Shown here in pieces: positions 11,009 through 20,915 of a stretch of 64,000 nucleotides of DNA; the stretch's first letter is position 1, and every line of letters begins with the position of its first letter. A model generated the notes under the pieces. The model saw only the letters and a list, made by a program, of their open reading frames with translations, made no database searches and had not been told where the DNA came from. The stretch comes from an uncultured Nitrospinota bacterium. GTDB lineage: Bacteria > Tectomicrobia > Entotheonellia > J063 > CAVPRW01. A program made the translations under genes and the position numbers. Location of the stretch: contig CAVPRW010000005.1 in assembly GCA_963707985.1 (NCBI GenBank), forward strand, positions 126,236 through 190,235, in the 5' to 3' direction.

Positions 11009-11573
11009 TTAGCCCCTCACCCCAACTGGCGACCGGAACAGATCGGCGATCCGGCAACGAAAGCCGGGGAGCAGTATCTTCGCTCACCAGATCATCCGCT
11101 TCCGTCAAAATGGTCGTGTGTATCGGCGAAGAGTAGATCGTGATGGTTTTGTGCTCCGAAGAGATTAACCACACCTGTCGCACCCCGCTAGCCAAGTACT
11201 CTTCGACCTTGCTGATGACCTTTTCGTAGAGGTCATACGGCGAAATAATTTCTACCGCTAGATCAGGAGGCATCGGCCAGATGCCTTCAGGTTCACCTTC
11301 CACCGGGAAGCGTGAGGCAGCCACAAAGGCGACATCGGGAATCCGCTGGTTCTCCCCAATCTGAAACGTTGCGTCCGGGCCATAGATGCCACCCAATTGA
11401 TGCACTTCGACGTGGCTTACGAGCCGCGCAATCAGACGTGTCCCTATCCCGCTGTGTCGCGCTCCCCCCATGGTTTTTGCCTCTGGTTGCCCGGCGACGA
11501 TCTCGTATGCTTTGTCAGAGTCCAGGTCAAGACTGATGGTGCTCGCCATACCTGGAGTTTCCTCTCTCGCCAT
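11009..11573 (-). CDS. Uma2 family (PD-(D/E)XK) putative endonuclease; frameshift near 11080
   Basis: RIPDVAFV, PDLAVEIISP, YLASGVRQVWLI; the expected LLPGF C-terminus is in another frame ending at 11009. Confidence 0.85.
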
Positions 11574-11586
11574 TATCTTATCTCCT

Positions 11587-12363
11587 TTACCGTCCTTTCC
11601 ACTGCGGCCTGCGCTTCTCGGCAAAGGCGCGTGGACCCTCCTTCGAATCCTCCGTGCGCAACAGTTGGTCGTAGATATGACGGGTGAGGGCCGCCAGTGC
11701 GGGCTCGCTCATATCCAGTCCCCGATATGCCAACTCCTTGAAGTAGCGCACCGACAATGGGGCATTCTCGGTGATCTGCCGCGCCAAGGCTTTGGCTTCT
11801 TCCATGAGCCGTTCTTTGGGGACCACGTGGTTTACAAAGCCGATCTCATAGGCGCGTTGAGCAGTGATGGGCTTGGCGGTCATGACCAATTCCAGGGCGG
11901 CGGCCACGGGAATGAGCTTGGGGAGCGCCGTGGCGAACGGCGGCAGTAGGCTCCACTTGGCCTCGGTAATCCCCATCATCGCGTCCTCGGCCGCAATGCG
12001 TAGATCGCAGATCTGCGCGATGGCCCAGCCACCAGCCATGGCATAACCGTTAATAGCAGCGATCATCGGCTTCCATGTCTGCTCGAACCAAGCCAGGCCA
12101 TCAGCCCCCATGCTATCACTGGCGCGCGCCTGCACGCCAGCGGCATTATCGGCGGCGCGCTCCTTCAGGTCCCGTCCGGCGCAGAAGGCACGCCCTGCCC
12201 CGGTAATGATGGCCACCCGCGCCTGGTCATCGCGGTCGAAGCGCACGATCGCGTCATTCAATTCTCGCCTGAGCTGGCGGTTAATCGAGTTCAACGCTTC
12301 CGGTCGGTTCAAGGTCATGGTGACGATCCCATCGTCTTGCTCATAAAGCACTGCTGCTGTCAT
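11587..12363 (-). CDS. Enoyl-CoA hydratase/isomerase (crotonase) family
   Basis: LNRPEALN, AFCAGRDL, KPMIAAINGYAMAGG, EGPRAFAEKRRP. Confidence 0.92.
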   Translation of the reverse strand: MTAAVLYEQDDGIVTMTLNRPEALNSINRQLRRELNDAIVRFDRDDQARVAIITGAGRAFCAGRDLKERAADNAAGVQARASDSMGADGLAWFEQTWKPMIAAINGYAMAGGWAIAQICDLRIAAEDAMMGITEAKWSLLPPFATALPKLIPVAAALELVMTAKPITAQRAYEIGFVNHVVPKERLMEEAKALARQITENAPLSVRYFKELAYRGLDMSEPALAALTRHIYDQLLRTEDSKEGPRAFAEKRRPQWKGR

Positions 12364-12629
12364 ATCATCCCTCGCATGCACGCTATCGACACCTGACGTG
12401 TCGGCCTCGAAGATGTGTCCGACATTGCGCCAAAACTCCCGCTACCACCTGCGACGGCCATTGTATAATGAGGCCTAGGTGCGTACAAGGTCATATTCAT
12501 GCCAAGGAGAAAGGCAAGGTAGGTTTCTCTGTGGCGGCTGGACGTTCGAGATGCCGTGACATAGGGTCATTGAGACCGGCGCTGCAGCGTTGCCAGAAGC
12601 GGCACGCTGGCTCGGAGGGAAGAAAGCGT

Positions 12630-13835
12630 ATGGATAAAGCCTTAGACGATATTACCGTGCTCGATCTGGGTCAAGTCATCGCCATGCCATACTGTACCAT
12701 GCTACTCGCCGATCTTGGGGCACGAGTCATCAAGGTGGAGTCCCGGGAGCAGGGGCAAGAACGCCTGTCTCTTGGCATCAAACGGGTACGTAACGGTGTG
12801 GAGGAGCGCGTACCAGTGTATCAGTATCGTGAGCGCAATAAGCAAGCGGTTACGCTGAATTTGAAACACGCACAAGGAGTCGAGCTGTTCAAGGATCTGG
12901 TCAGACGTGCGGATGTGGTCGCGGAGAATTTTAGCGTCGGCACCATGGATCGCCTCGGCCTCGGCTATGAGACCTTGCAACAGGTGAATCCGCGCCTCAT
13001 CTATGCCTCGATCACGGCATTCGGTCAATATGGCCCGTATGCGCACTGGCGGGGCTATGACATTCTGGCCCAGGCGCTGAGCGGCTATATGAGCATCACT
13101 GGGTTTCCCGACAGCCCGCCGACACGCTCCGGGCAGTCGATTTCCGATTACTACGCCGGTATGCTGTGCGCCTTCAGTATCGTGTCAGCCCTGCATTATC
13201 GCGACCGCACGGGCAAAGGGCAGCACATCGACATGGCTTTGCTCGACAGTCTGATTACGGCTCTGGATAATCTGGGCGAACGGTATACAGTGGGTGGGGA
13301 AATCTTGACGCGTAAGGGGAACATCTCGTTCGCCGGCTCCAGCTCAGGCGTCTATCCGACCCTCGATGGGCATGTGGCGGTCGCTGCCGGAACAAGTAAT
13401 CTGGTCTGGCGGCGGTTCTGCCACATCATCGGTAAGCCTGAGCTGGCAGATGATCCGAAGTTCGCCACCACCGCGGCCCGGCGCACCTATCAAGCAGATA
13501 CAGCCGCGATTATCCAGGGGTGGACCAGTCAGCGCCGCAAAGCCGAGGTGGTGAGCACGCTAGCGGAGGGTGGCGTACCTGCGGCCCCGGTGAATAATGT
13601 GGCAGAGATGGTGGCAGATCCACAGGTCCAGGCCAGAGAGATGCTGGTCGAGCTTGAACATCCCGTCTACGGCCCGGTGAAGATCACCGGCACGCCGCTG
13701 AAATTGTCGGAGACGCCGGGCAAGGTTGAGCATCTTGCCCCACTCCCTGGCGAACACAATGAAGAGATTTTCGTTGGGCTGTTAGGGCATTCACATCAGG
13801 ACCTCGACCGCTGGCAGGAACATGGCGTGATCTAG
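12630..13835 (+). CDS. Family III CoA-transferase (CaiB/BaiF, formyl-CoA transferase-like)
   Basis: ALDDITVLDLGQVIAMP, ERNK, ENFSVG, GYDILAQALSG, ISDYYAG; GGAGG RBS. Confidence 0.92.
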   Translation: MDKALDDITVLDLGQVIAMPYCTMLLADLGARVIKVESREQGQERLSLGIKRVRNGVEERVPVYQYRERNKQAVTLNLKHAQGVELFKDLVRRADVVAENFSVGTMDRLGLGYETLQQVNPRLIYASITAFGQYGPYAHWRGYDILAQALSGYMSITGFPDSPPTRSGQSISDYYAGMLCAFSIVSALHYRDRTGKGQHIDMALLDSLITALDNLGERYTVGGEILTRKGNISFAGSSSGVYPTLDGHVAVAAGTSNLVWRRFCHIIGKPELADDPKFATTAARRTYQADTAAIIQGWTSQRRKAEVVSTLAEGGVPAAPVNNVAEMVADPQVQAREMLVELEHPVYGPVKITGTPLKLSETPGKVEHLAPLPGEHNEEIFVGLLGHSHQDLDRWQEHGVI

Positions 13836-13877
13836 GCGGGAACTGGGACAGCTTTACATGCGGCGTGCTCGCTGCCA

Positions 13878-13909
13878 AATCCCCCCTCGCCCTTTGCGAA
13901 GGGGGGATT
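13878..13909. terminator. GC-rich hairpin between convergent genes (terminator or REP-like palindrome)
   Basis: AATCCCCCCT...AGGGGGGATT inverted repeat with inner TCGC/GCGA pairing. Confidence 0.55.
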
Positions 13910-13960
13910 GTCTTGCAGGAGGTGGGAGCCAGGCCAAGTATCAATCTCCTGGGGTTCGAT

Positions 13961-16099
13961 TTAGACAGCGGATAGCAATCCAGCGTTCCTCGCCCAACGG
14001 TATTTGGCGCCGAGGCCAGCCACCGGCTTCTCGGTCTCGTAGGGATAGGCTAGGATGCGGTGATCCAGCAAGTGACGTGCCGCGACTTCGACGGCAACAT
14101 CACCGACGAGTGAGGCCACGATGGGTTTGTCGATGCCTTGGCGCCTGGCTTCTTCCACCACATCCACCAGCAGGTTGGCAAAGATCATCGGTGGCGTAAT
14201 AATGGTATGCCAGTAGCCCAAGATCACCGCATGGACACGCGGCTCATATAAGGCCAGGTTAATCGTTTTGCGATACGTCTCCGGGGGCTCGCCGCCAGTG
14301 ATGTCGACCGGATTGCCCGCGGCACCGAAGGGTGGGATGAACTGACGAAAGGCCTGATCCAGGTCGGGCGGCATAGACATGAGTCGTAGCCCATGATCCA
14401 CACAGGCATCCGATAGCAATACCCCTGATCCCCCCGCCCCAGTAACGATGAGGACATTTTCGCCGGTCGGTGTCGGCAGCATCTGGAGGGCTTTGGCGAA
14501 CTCTAGCATCTCGTTGAGGTGTCGGGCGCGAATCACGCCAGCCTGACGTAATACCCCATCATAGATACGATCGTTTCCCGCCAGGGCCCCTGTGTGCGAT
14601 TTGGCGGCCCTCGCCCCCATATCGGTACGTCCGGCCTTCAGCACCACCACCGGTTTCTGCTTGGTGACACGCTGCGCCACCTCGGCAAACGCCCGCCCAT
14701 CCTTGAGGTCTTCGACATGCATGGCCACCACCTGGGTATTGGGGTCCTCTTCAAAGAACGTCAGTAGATCATCTTCGTCGATGTCTGATTTGTTGCCCAA
14801 GCCGATGATCGCCGATACTCCCATCTTGTTCGAACGACTGAAGCCGATGATCGCCATCCCGACGCCACCACTCTGCGATGTCAGTGCCACCGAGCCTTTT
14901 TCGTTGTATGGTGTGCAGAACGTGGCGCAGAGGTTTTGCGGCGTATAATAAAAACCGTAGATGTTCGGTCCCATCAAACGAATACTGTGCTTTCGCGCCA
15001 CATCGACGACTTCCTGCTGCAGCTGGGATTCACCCACCTCAGCAAATCCTGAAGGGATGAGGATCGCCCCGCCTACCCCTTTCTCACCACACTCCTCCAA
15101 CACATGTGCGACCAGGTGGGCCGGGATACAGAAGATGGCGATGTCTACTGGACCCGGGATCTCCTTGACGCTACGGAAGCACGGCCGCCCGAGGATGACA
15201 TCGGCTCTGGGATTGATTGGGTAGAGCTGCCCCTGATAGCCGCCATTGATGATGTTGTCCATGACCGCATAGCCGATCTTGCCTGCCTCGGGGGAAGCCC
15301 CAATGACAGCGATAGCATCCGGCATCAGAATGCGTCGCATAGTCGCGCGCATCTCCGACGCCTGATACCTGGGCAGCTGAGGGTGGGCGGTCGGATCGAG
15401 GACCAACCGTGCGTCAACGGCGACGGCGCCTTTGGCACTGGCCATGACCGGGTTGAGGTCTATTTCGCTGATCTCGGGGAAGTCCGCCGCCAATTGGGAT
15501 ACCCTGACGATCAAGTCCGCTAGCGCCTCCCGATTGGCTGGCGGTAACCCGCGAACGCCGCGCAGAAGCGCCGCACCGCGGACGTCGTCGAGCATCCGGA
15601 GTGCTTCGCCTGGAGTCGTCGGTGCCAGACGGAAGGTTGTATCCTGCAGCGTCTCGACGAAGATCCCACCCAAGCCGAACATGACCACGGGGCCGAAGGC
15701 CGGATCGCGGATCATGCCAACGATCACTTCGCTGCCGCCTGTGACCATTTGTTGGACCTGCACACCGGTTATTTGTGCCTCCGACCGATAATTCCAGGCA
15801 TTAGCGGTAATCGTCCGATAGGCTTGTCGAACCTCGCGGGTATTGCTCAAGGCGAGTAGGACACCACCGGCCTCAGTCTTGTGGATGATGTCGGGAGAGA
15901 CGATTTTCATGGCCACCGGGAAGCCAAGCTCCCGAGCCAGGCGAGTGGCCTCCTCAATCGATCGCGCCAGGCCTTCTTTCGGCACCGGCACGCCATAGGC
16001 TTCGCAGACTTCTCGTGCTTCAGGAGCGCTCAAAACGGTCTGTCCTGCTGCCTTGGCCCCTTCGAACACCGCTTGTACCCGCGCTTGATCTCCGCTCAT
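13961..16099 (-). CDS. ADP-forming acyl-CoA synthetase (acetate-CoA ligase family), ATP-grasp domain N-terminal
   Basis: KIVSPDIIHKTEAGGV, DLNP, then CoA-binding IAVIGAS, SQSG, LGNKSDIDE, SHTG phospho-His, NPVDITG. Confidence 0.9.
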   Translation of the reverse strand: MSGDQARVQAVFEGAKAAGQTVLSAPEAREVCEAYGVPVPKEGLARSIEEATRLARELGFPVAMKIVSPDIIHKTEAGGVLLALSNTREVRQAYRTITANAWNYRSEAQITGVQVQQMVTGGSEVIVGMIRDPAFGPVVMFGLGGIFVETLQDTTFRLAPTTPGEALRMLDDVRGAALLRGVRGLPPANREALADLIVRVSQLAADFPEISEIDLNPVMASAKGAVAVDARLVLDPTAHPQLPRYQASEMRATMRRILMPDAIAVIGASPEAGKIGYAVMDNIINGGYQGQLYPINPRADVILGRPCFRSVKEIPGPVDIAIFCIPAHLVAHVLEECGEKGVGGAILIPSGFAEVGESQLQQEVVDVARKHSIRLMGPNIYGFYYTPQNLCATFCTPYNEKGSVALTSQSGGVGMAIIGFSRSNKMGVSAIIGLGNKSDIDEDDLLTFFEEDPNTQVVAMHVEDLKDGRAFAEVAQRVTKQKPVVVLKAGRTDMGARAAKSHTGALAGNDRIYDGVLRQAGVIRARHLNEMLEFAKALQMLPTPTGENVLIVTGAGGSGVLLSDACVDHGLRLMSMPPDLDQAFRQFIPPFGAAGNPVDITGGEPPETYRKTINLALYEPRVHAVILGYWHTIITPPMIFANLLVDVVEEARRQGIDKPIVASLVGDVAVEVAARHLLDHRILAYPYETEKPVAGLGAKYRWARNAGLLSAV

Positions 16100-16366
16100 C
16101 AGCTCTCCTCCCTCATCGGTGCGGCACCTTCACCTTTCATAGCGCTCATCATCCCTCGCCAACGTCTGGCTGAGACGTGGTGTGTGGCCTCCTCCGCCGA
16201 AGCCGCCCCATGCTCAGCAACCGGGGTGTCCAGCGTTTGCATTCCAACCGTTTGGCGGAGGAACGTTGCCTGAGTGTTTCAAAGCCGTAGTTGTGCTGGG
16301 AGCTGTCTGGGCAATGTGGGGCCGACAGGGGCTTAGGAAGGCTCCTTGCCCCGTCGGCCGGGAGGA

Positions 16367-17470
16367 TCATTGGCGCGTGAAGTCGACCCCGGTCTCGGCA
16401 TCAAACAGATGGAACCGGCCCATATCGAAGTAGACTGCGATCTCTTGCATTGGCCGTGCAGTCGTCGTGGGATCCAGGCGTCCTACAAACGTGTGGTCTC
16501 CGGCGCTGAGCTCGACAATCACTTCCGATCCCAAAGGTTCCACCACATTGACCTTGGCCGGGACGCGTTCTTGCTGGTGTTCTCCTGCCTCTTCCCGATC
16601 GGAGATGTTTTCCGGTCGGATGCCGAAGACCACCCGCTGATTTACGTGATTGCCGAACCGATTGATCTGGCTCTTGGGTAATTTCAACAGAAACTTGCCA
16701 AGATCGACGAACAGGTCAGAGTTCTGCGCTGTCAGCTTACCCTGGAAGAAGTTCATGGCTGGACTGCCAATGAAGCCAGCGACGAACATATTGACCGGGT
16801 GGTCGTATACCTCCATGGGGGCGCCAACCTGCTGGATCTCCCCATTGTTCATGATAACGATGCGGTCGCCCATCGTCATGGCTTCGACCTGATCGTGTGT
16901 CACATAGATCATCGTAGCCTCCAGCTGATAATGAAGTTTGATCAGCTCGCTACGCATCTGCACACGTAATTTGGCATCCAGGTTACTCAGCGGCTCATCG
17001 AAGAGGAAGACCTCGGGTTGGCGGACGATAGCACGTCCAACCGCCACCCGCTGCCGTTGTCCGCCCGACAGCTGGCGGGGTTTGCGGTTCAGGAGTTCTT
17101 CAATGCCCAGAATCCTCGCAGCCTCGCGGACACGCCGATCGATCTCAGGCTTAGGAGTACGCCGGAGCTTGAGCCCGAAGGCCATGTTTTTATAGACGTC
17201 CATATGCGGATACAGGGCGTAGTTCTGGAACACCATCGCAATGTTACGGTCCTTGGGAGGCACATCGTTCACCACGCGGTTGCCGATCAGGATCGTCCCA
17301 TCGCTGGTTTCTTCCAAACCTGCAATCATACGGAGCGTGGTCGTCTTGCCACATCCGGATGGTCCGACGAAGACCACAAATTCTTTATCGGGAATGTCCA
17401 GATTGATCTGGTTCACCGCAGTGACTTTGTCGAAGCGTTTGCTAAGCTCTTGGAGTGTCACACTGGCCAT
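16367..17470 (-). CDS. Carbohydrate-type ABC transporter ATPase (MalK/UgpC family)
   Basis: GPSGCGKT, LSGGQRQR, FLFDEPLSNLD, C-terminal TOBE region. Confidence 0.95.
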   Translation of the reverse strand: MASVTLQELSKRFDKVTAVNQINLDIPDKEFVVFVGPSGCGKTTTLRMIAGLEETSDGTILIGNRVVNDVPPKDRNIAMVFQNYALYPHMDVYKNMAFGLKLRRTPKPEIDRRVREAARILGIEELLNRKPRQLSGGQRQRVAVGRAIVRQPEVFLFDEPLSNLDAKLRVQMRSELIKLHYQLEATMIYVTHDQVEAMTMGDRIVIMNNGEIQQVGAPMEVYDHPVNMFVAGFIGSPAMNFFQGKLTAQNSDLFVDLGKFLLKLPKSQINRFGNHVNQRVVFGIRPENISDREEAGEHQQERVPAKVNVVEPLGSEVIVELSAGDHTFVGRLDPTTTARPMQEIAVYFDMGRFHLFDAETGVDFTRQ

Positions 17471-17499
17471 ACCACCGTCTCCCTCTTATACTCACACAC

Positions 17500-18375
17500 T
17501 CACTTGATCGCCCCCTGAGTGAGGCCAGAGACGTAATAATCCATAAACACTACATAGACAAGCACGATGGGGATCGAACCCAGGACGGCTCCAGCCATCA
17601 GGGCACCCCAGTAAAAAATGTCTCCCCGGATCAGCTCCGCCGTCACGCCCACCGTGGTGGTCTTCTGTGCCGTCGATGAGATGAACGTCAAGGCGTAGAT
17701 GAACTCATTCCAGGAGATCGTAAAGGCGAAGAGCACTGCGCATACGATGCCAGGGATTGCCACCGGTAGCACAATCCTGATGAGTGCCTGGAAGCGCGTG
17801 CAGCCATCCACCATGGCACACTCCTCGATTTCCTGAGGAATGGTACGGAAGTATCCAAGCAATAACCAGGTGCAGAAGGGCACCAGGAAGGTGGGGTAGG
17901 TCAAGATCAGGGCCCACACGCTATCAGCCAAACCAAGCCGGTTCACGACCTGCGCCAGCGGCAAAAAGAGCAGGGTGGTCGGGACCAGATAGGTCATGAA
18001 CACTGCAGTGCCGAAGCTGGCTGCGCCGCGGAACCGCAAACGCGCCAGGCTGTATGCCGCTAGAATAGCGATGACGATGGAAATCGTCGTCGCCAGCACG
18101 CTGACCAAGACGCTGTTGAAGAGCCAGGTGAGGAATGGGGTATCGTGCAGCAGCAGTTGATAATGCTCGAGGGTTGGTCCACCACTGTAGTCCGGATGTG
18201 TCGAGGATAGCTGGATAATGAAGGGATTCGCGTTCAGATTATAGAGCTCCCCATCGGCTTTGAAGGAGGTGATCACCATGAAGTAGAAGGGGAACAACGC
18301 AAAGAGGATGAATGGTGCCAAGGGAATATGCAAGGTCAAGAGCTGGCCGAGGAAGTGTCGCGTCCGTGGCTGCAT
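17500..18375 (-). CDS. Carbohydrate ABC permease (MalG-like)
   Basis: Multiple TM segments; EAA loop EIEECAMVDGC. Confidence 0.92.
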   Translation of the reverse strand: MQPRTRHFLGQLLTLHIPLAPFILFALFPFYFMVITSFKADGELYNLNANPFIIQLSSTHPDYSGGPTLEHYQLLLHDTPFLTWLFNSVLVSVLATTISIVIAILAAYSLARLRFRGAASFGTAVFMTYLVPTTLLFLPLAQVVNRLGLADSVWALILTYPTFLVPFCTWLLLGYFRTIPQEIEECAMVDGCTRFQALIRIVLPVAIPGIVCAVLFAFTISWNEFIYALTFISSTAQKTTTVGVTAELIRGDIFYWGALMAGAVLGSIPIVLVYVVFMDYYVSGLTQGAIK

Positions 18376-18378
18376 GAC

Positions 18379-19341
18379 CTACTCCTTGCGCACGAAGCGT
18401 AGCTGGAAGTACACGATCAGCGCCAGGATGGGGAACATGAAGAGCGACACGGCTGCCCCCTCGCTGATCTTCCCGGACTGTAGGCCAATCTGATTGGCCA
18501 GGGTGGCGAAGAGGTGCGTACTGTTGATCGGACCTCCCCGCGTCAGCACATAGACGATGTTGAAATCGCTGAAGGTAAAGATCGTCGAAAACAGCATCAC
18601 GATGGCCAACACCGGCGTGAGCATCGGCACTGTGATGTACCAGAATCGCGCCCAGGCGCCGGCGCCGTCGGTCTTAGCCGCTTCATAAAGCTCTTGGGGG
18701 ATGGCCACGAGGCCAGCAAGGATCGTGATGGCAAAAAACGGCAGGCCGCGCCAGATGTTGACAGTGATCACCGCAATTTTGGCGAGGGAGGATGTGCCCA
18801 ACCAATTGGGCCCCCCCTGCACGATGCCGAGATGGATCAGGGTCCAGTTGAACACGCTGTAGAGGGAATCGAACATCCACCACCAACCCAGTGTGCTCAG
18901 GGCGGTTGGAATCACCCACGGTAGCAGAACTGCACCGCGTACCCACCTTTTGAAGCGGCCGGTTCGGAACAGGAGCAGCGCCAGTACCATGCCTAGAACC
19001 GTCTTCAAGATCACGGCACTGAACGTGATCGTAAACGAGTTCTGTAAGGTCTGGATGAACATCCCATCATGCAGCAAATGCCAATAATTCCGTAGTCCAA
19101 CAAAAGATCCCGGCTGTCCCACCCAGCTATCGGTAACGCTGAAGTACAATGCCATACAGAAGGGCCATGCTACCAACACCCCCAGTAAGATGAAGGCTGG
19201 AGCGATGAGCGTATAGCCCAGCACGTGTTCGTGTTGGAAAAACAATGAGATCTTCTTTCCAAAGGAGTCTCGCGCGGGGGCACGCGCTGCCACGGTGGTC
19301 GCATACGACCGCGGCTTCTGTTCCAGTGCTCCTGTTGCCAT
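18379..19341 (-). CDS. Carbohydrate ABC permease (MalF-like)
   Basis: FVGLRNY; EAA loop ELYEAAKTDGA; AAAGGGG RBS before MATGALE. Confidence 0.92.
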   Translation of the reverse strand: MATGALEQKPRSYATTVAARAPARDSFGKKISLFFQHEHVLGYTLIAPAFILLGVLVAWPFCMALYFSVTDSWVGQPGSFVGLRNYWHLLHDGMFIQTLQNSFTITFSAVILKTVLGMVLALLLFRTGRFKRWVRGAVLLPWVIPTALSTLGWWWMFDSLYSVFNWTLIHLGIVQGGPNWLGTSSLAKIAVITVNIWRGLPFFAITILAGLVAIPQELYEAAKTDGAGAWARFWYITVPMLTPVLAIVMLFSTIFTFSDFNIVYVLTRGGPINSTHLFATLANQIGLQSGKISEGAAVSLFMFPILALIVYFQLRFVRKE

Positions 19342-19424
19342 ATTATCCCCCTTTAGACACTTACTACTCACCGTTGTCGGGAATCTCCCAGAATTGAGCT
19401 GTAAGTATTCGATTTTTTGCGGCG

Positions 19425-19453
19425 ATTATACGGACGCACTATAGCTATGTCAA
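19425..19453 (-). promoter_or_regulatory. Consensus sigma70 promoter for the ABC operon
   Basis: TTGACA (19453-19448) - 17 bp - TATAAT (19430-19425) on the minus strand. Confidence 0.85.
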
Positions 19454-19502
19454 CATAAATCAAGGCATCGTTGGCTCGCGAGGGAAGCCTCGATCGGGGG
19501 GG

Positions 19503-20285
19503 CTATGCAAGTGGCGGCTGTACAGGCTCGCTCATACAACGAATGTACACATACAGGTCGCCTGGTGGTCCTCCTCGCCGACCGGGTTGTCCTTCCCCCT
19601 GAATGCGCAGCCTACTGCCGTCACGTACCCCGGCGGGCACATCAATGGTGAGCCTGCGCATCACAGGAAGTGCGCCCGTACCGGTGCAGCGTTGGCAAGG
19701 GTCGGTAACGACGACTCCCTCACCCTGGCACACCTCACAGAGAGACAGTGTCGACAACAGCCAGCCCGGGCGTCGTACCTCGCATGCTCCGCGACACTGC
19801 GGACACGGAAGCGGCGGTTTCCCTCCAGTCATACGACTGCCCAAACACTGCGGACACCAGCGCACATTAGCAACATCGAGGCGAGCTTCGCAGCCTTGCA
19901 TACATGCTTGAGGGGCGAGGGAGAGGGTATACCGCAGGTCCTGACCCGGCTGGGGCTTGTGCGCCGCGATCTGCTCACGGGCGGCGAGCAGATGATCCAC
20001 GGCCGCCACCATCCATTCTCGTACCGCACGCGTGCCGGGCGGGCGCCAGATGGGTGGTCCCCAGGCGCCCCAGCGATCGTAACGCGCACGTTGTTCCGGG
20101 TCTTTCAAAACGGTGTAGGCTTGATTGAGGCTGCGGAGAGACGCTTCAGCCTCGGCATTGTCGGGGTGCAAATCAGGATGGAAGTGTGTGGCCAGGCGAT
20201 GGTAGGCCTGCTTGATTTCCTCAGGCCTAGCCTCTCGTCCGACGCCGAGGACGTGGTAATAATCAGGCTCCCCCAGGGGTGGCAT
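19503..20285 (-). CDS. dnaJ: Short DnaJ-type co-chaperone (J-domain, Zn-finger, partial C-terminal domain)
   Basis: DYYHVLGV, HPD, four CxxCxGx repeats, VPAGVRDG...PGDLYV. Confidence 0.85.
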   Translation of the reverse strand: MPPLGEPDYYHVLGVGREARPEEIKQAYHRLATHFHPDLHPDNAEAEASLRSLNQAYTVLKDPEQRARYDRWGAWGPPIWRPPGTRAVREWMVAAVDHLLAAREQIAAHKPQPGQDLRYTLSLAPQACMQGCEARLDVANVRWCPQCLGSRMTGGKPPLPCPQCRGACEVRRPGWLLSTLSLCEVCQGEGVVVTDPCQRCTGTGALPVMRRLTIDVPAGVRDGSRLRIQGEGQPGRRGGPPGDLYVYIRCMSEPVQPPLA

Positions 20286-20910
20286 CGCGTTCTGCCCTTC
20301 CTACGACCACCTTGGCCGGTCGTAAGAGGCGCTCATGCAACAGGTAGCCGTGCTGCACTTCCTCCACGATAAGGCCGTCGTCACTAGCCGGCACGCTGAC
20401 GATATCCACCGCTTCATGGCGCGTCGGATCGAACGCGACCCCTTGCGTTTGCACCTCACGCACACCGACCTTGCCCAACGCTTCCTTGAGTTGCCGGAGC
20501 ACCATGCTAACGCCCTCGGCAATCCGCGCGCTGCTGGGGGCTAAATCCTGTCCTGCGGCGTGCACGGCACGCTCAAGGTTGTCAAGCCCTGGCAAGAGCG
20601 CGATCACCAGGTCCGCCGTGGCATATTGTCGGGCCTCTTCATATTGTCGAGTCGTGCGTTTGCGATAATTATCGAAATCCGCCATCAGCCGGAGCAACTG
20701 CTCCCTTGTGGTGCCGTGTTCCTGGGTCTTTTGAGCAAGGGCGGCCTCTAGTTCCTGGACCACCACATCCGCCGGAGCGGGTTCTCCTGCAGCAGGGGCG
20801 ACAACAGGGTCCACCATGGCTTCCGACGCGTCCTTGGACACCTCGAATGCGGACCCAGGTTCTTGTGCGGCCTCAGGTTGGTCGTCGCCGCTGTAGATTG
20901 GTATCTTCAT
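20263..20910 (-). CDS. grpE: Nucleotide exchange factor GrpE
   Basis: ADFDNYRKR, DNLERA, FDPTRHEAV, GYLLHERLLRPAKVVV. Confidence 0.95.
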   Translation of the reverse strand: MKIPIYSGDDQPEAAQEPGSAFEVSKDASEAMVDPVVAPAAGEPAPADVVVQELEAALAQKTQEHGTTREQLLRLMADFDNYRKRTTRQYEEARQYATADLVIALLPGLDNLERAVHAAGQDLAPSSARIAEGVSMVLRQLKEALGKVGVREVQTQGVAFDPTRHEAVDIVSVPASDDGLIVEEVQHGYLLHERLLRPAKVVVGRAERDATPGGA

Positions 20911-20915
20911 AGAAG

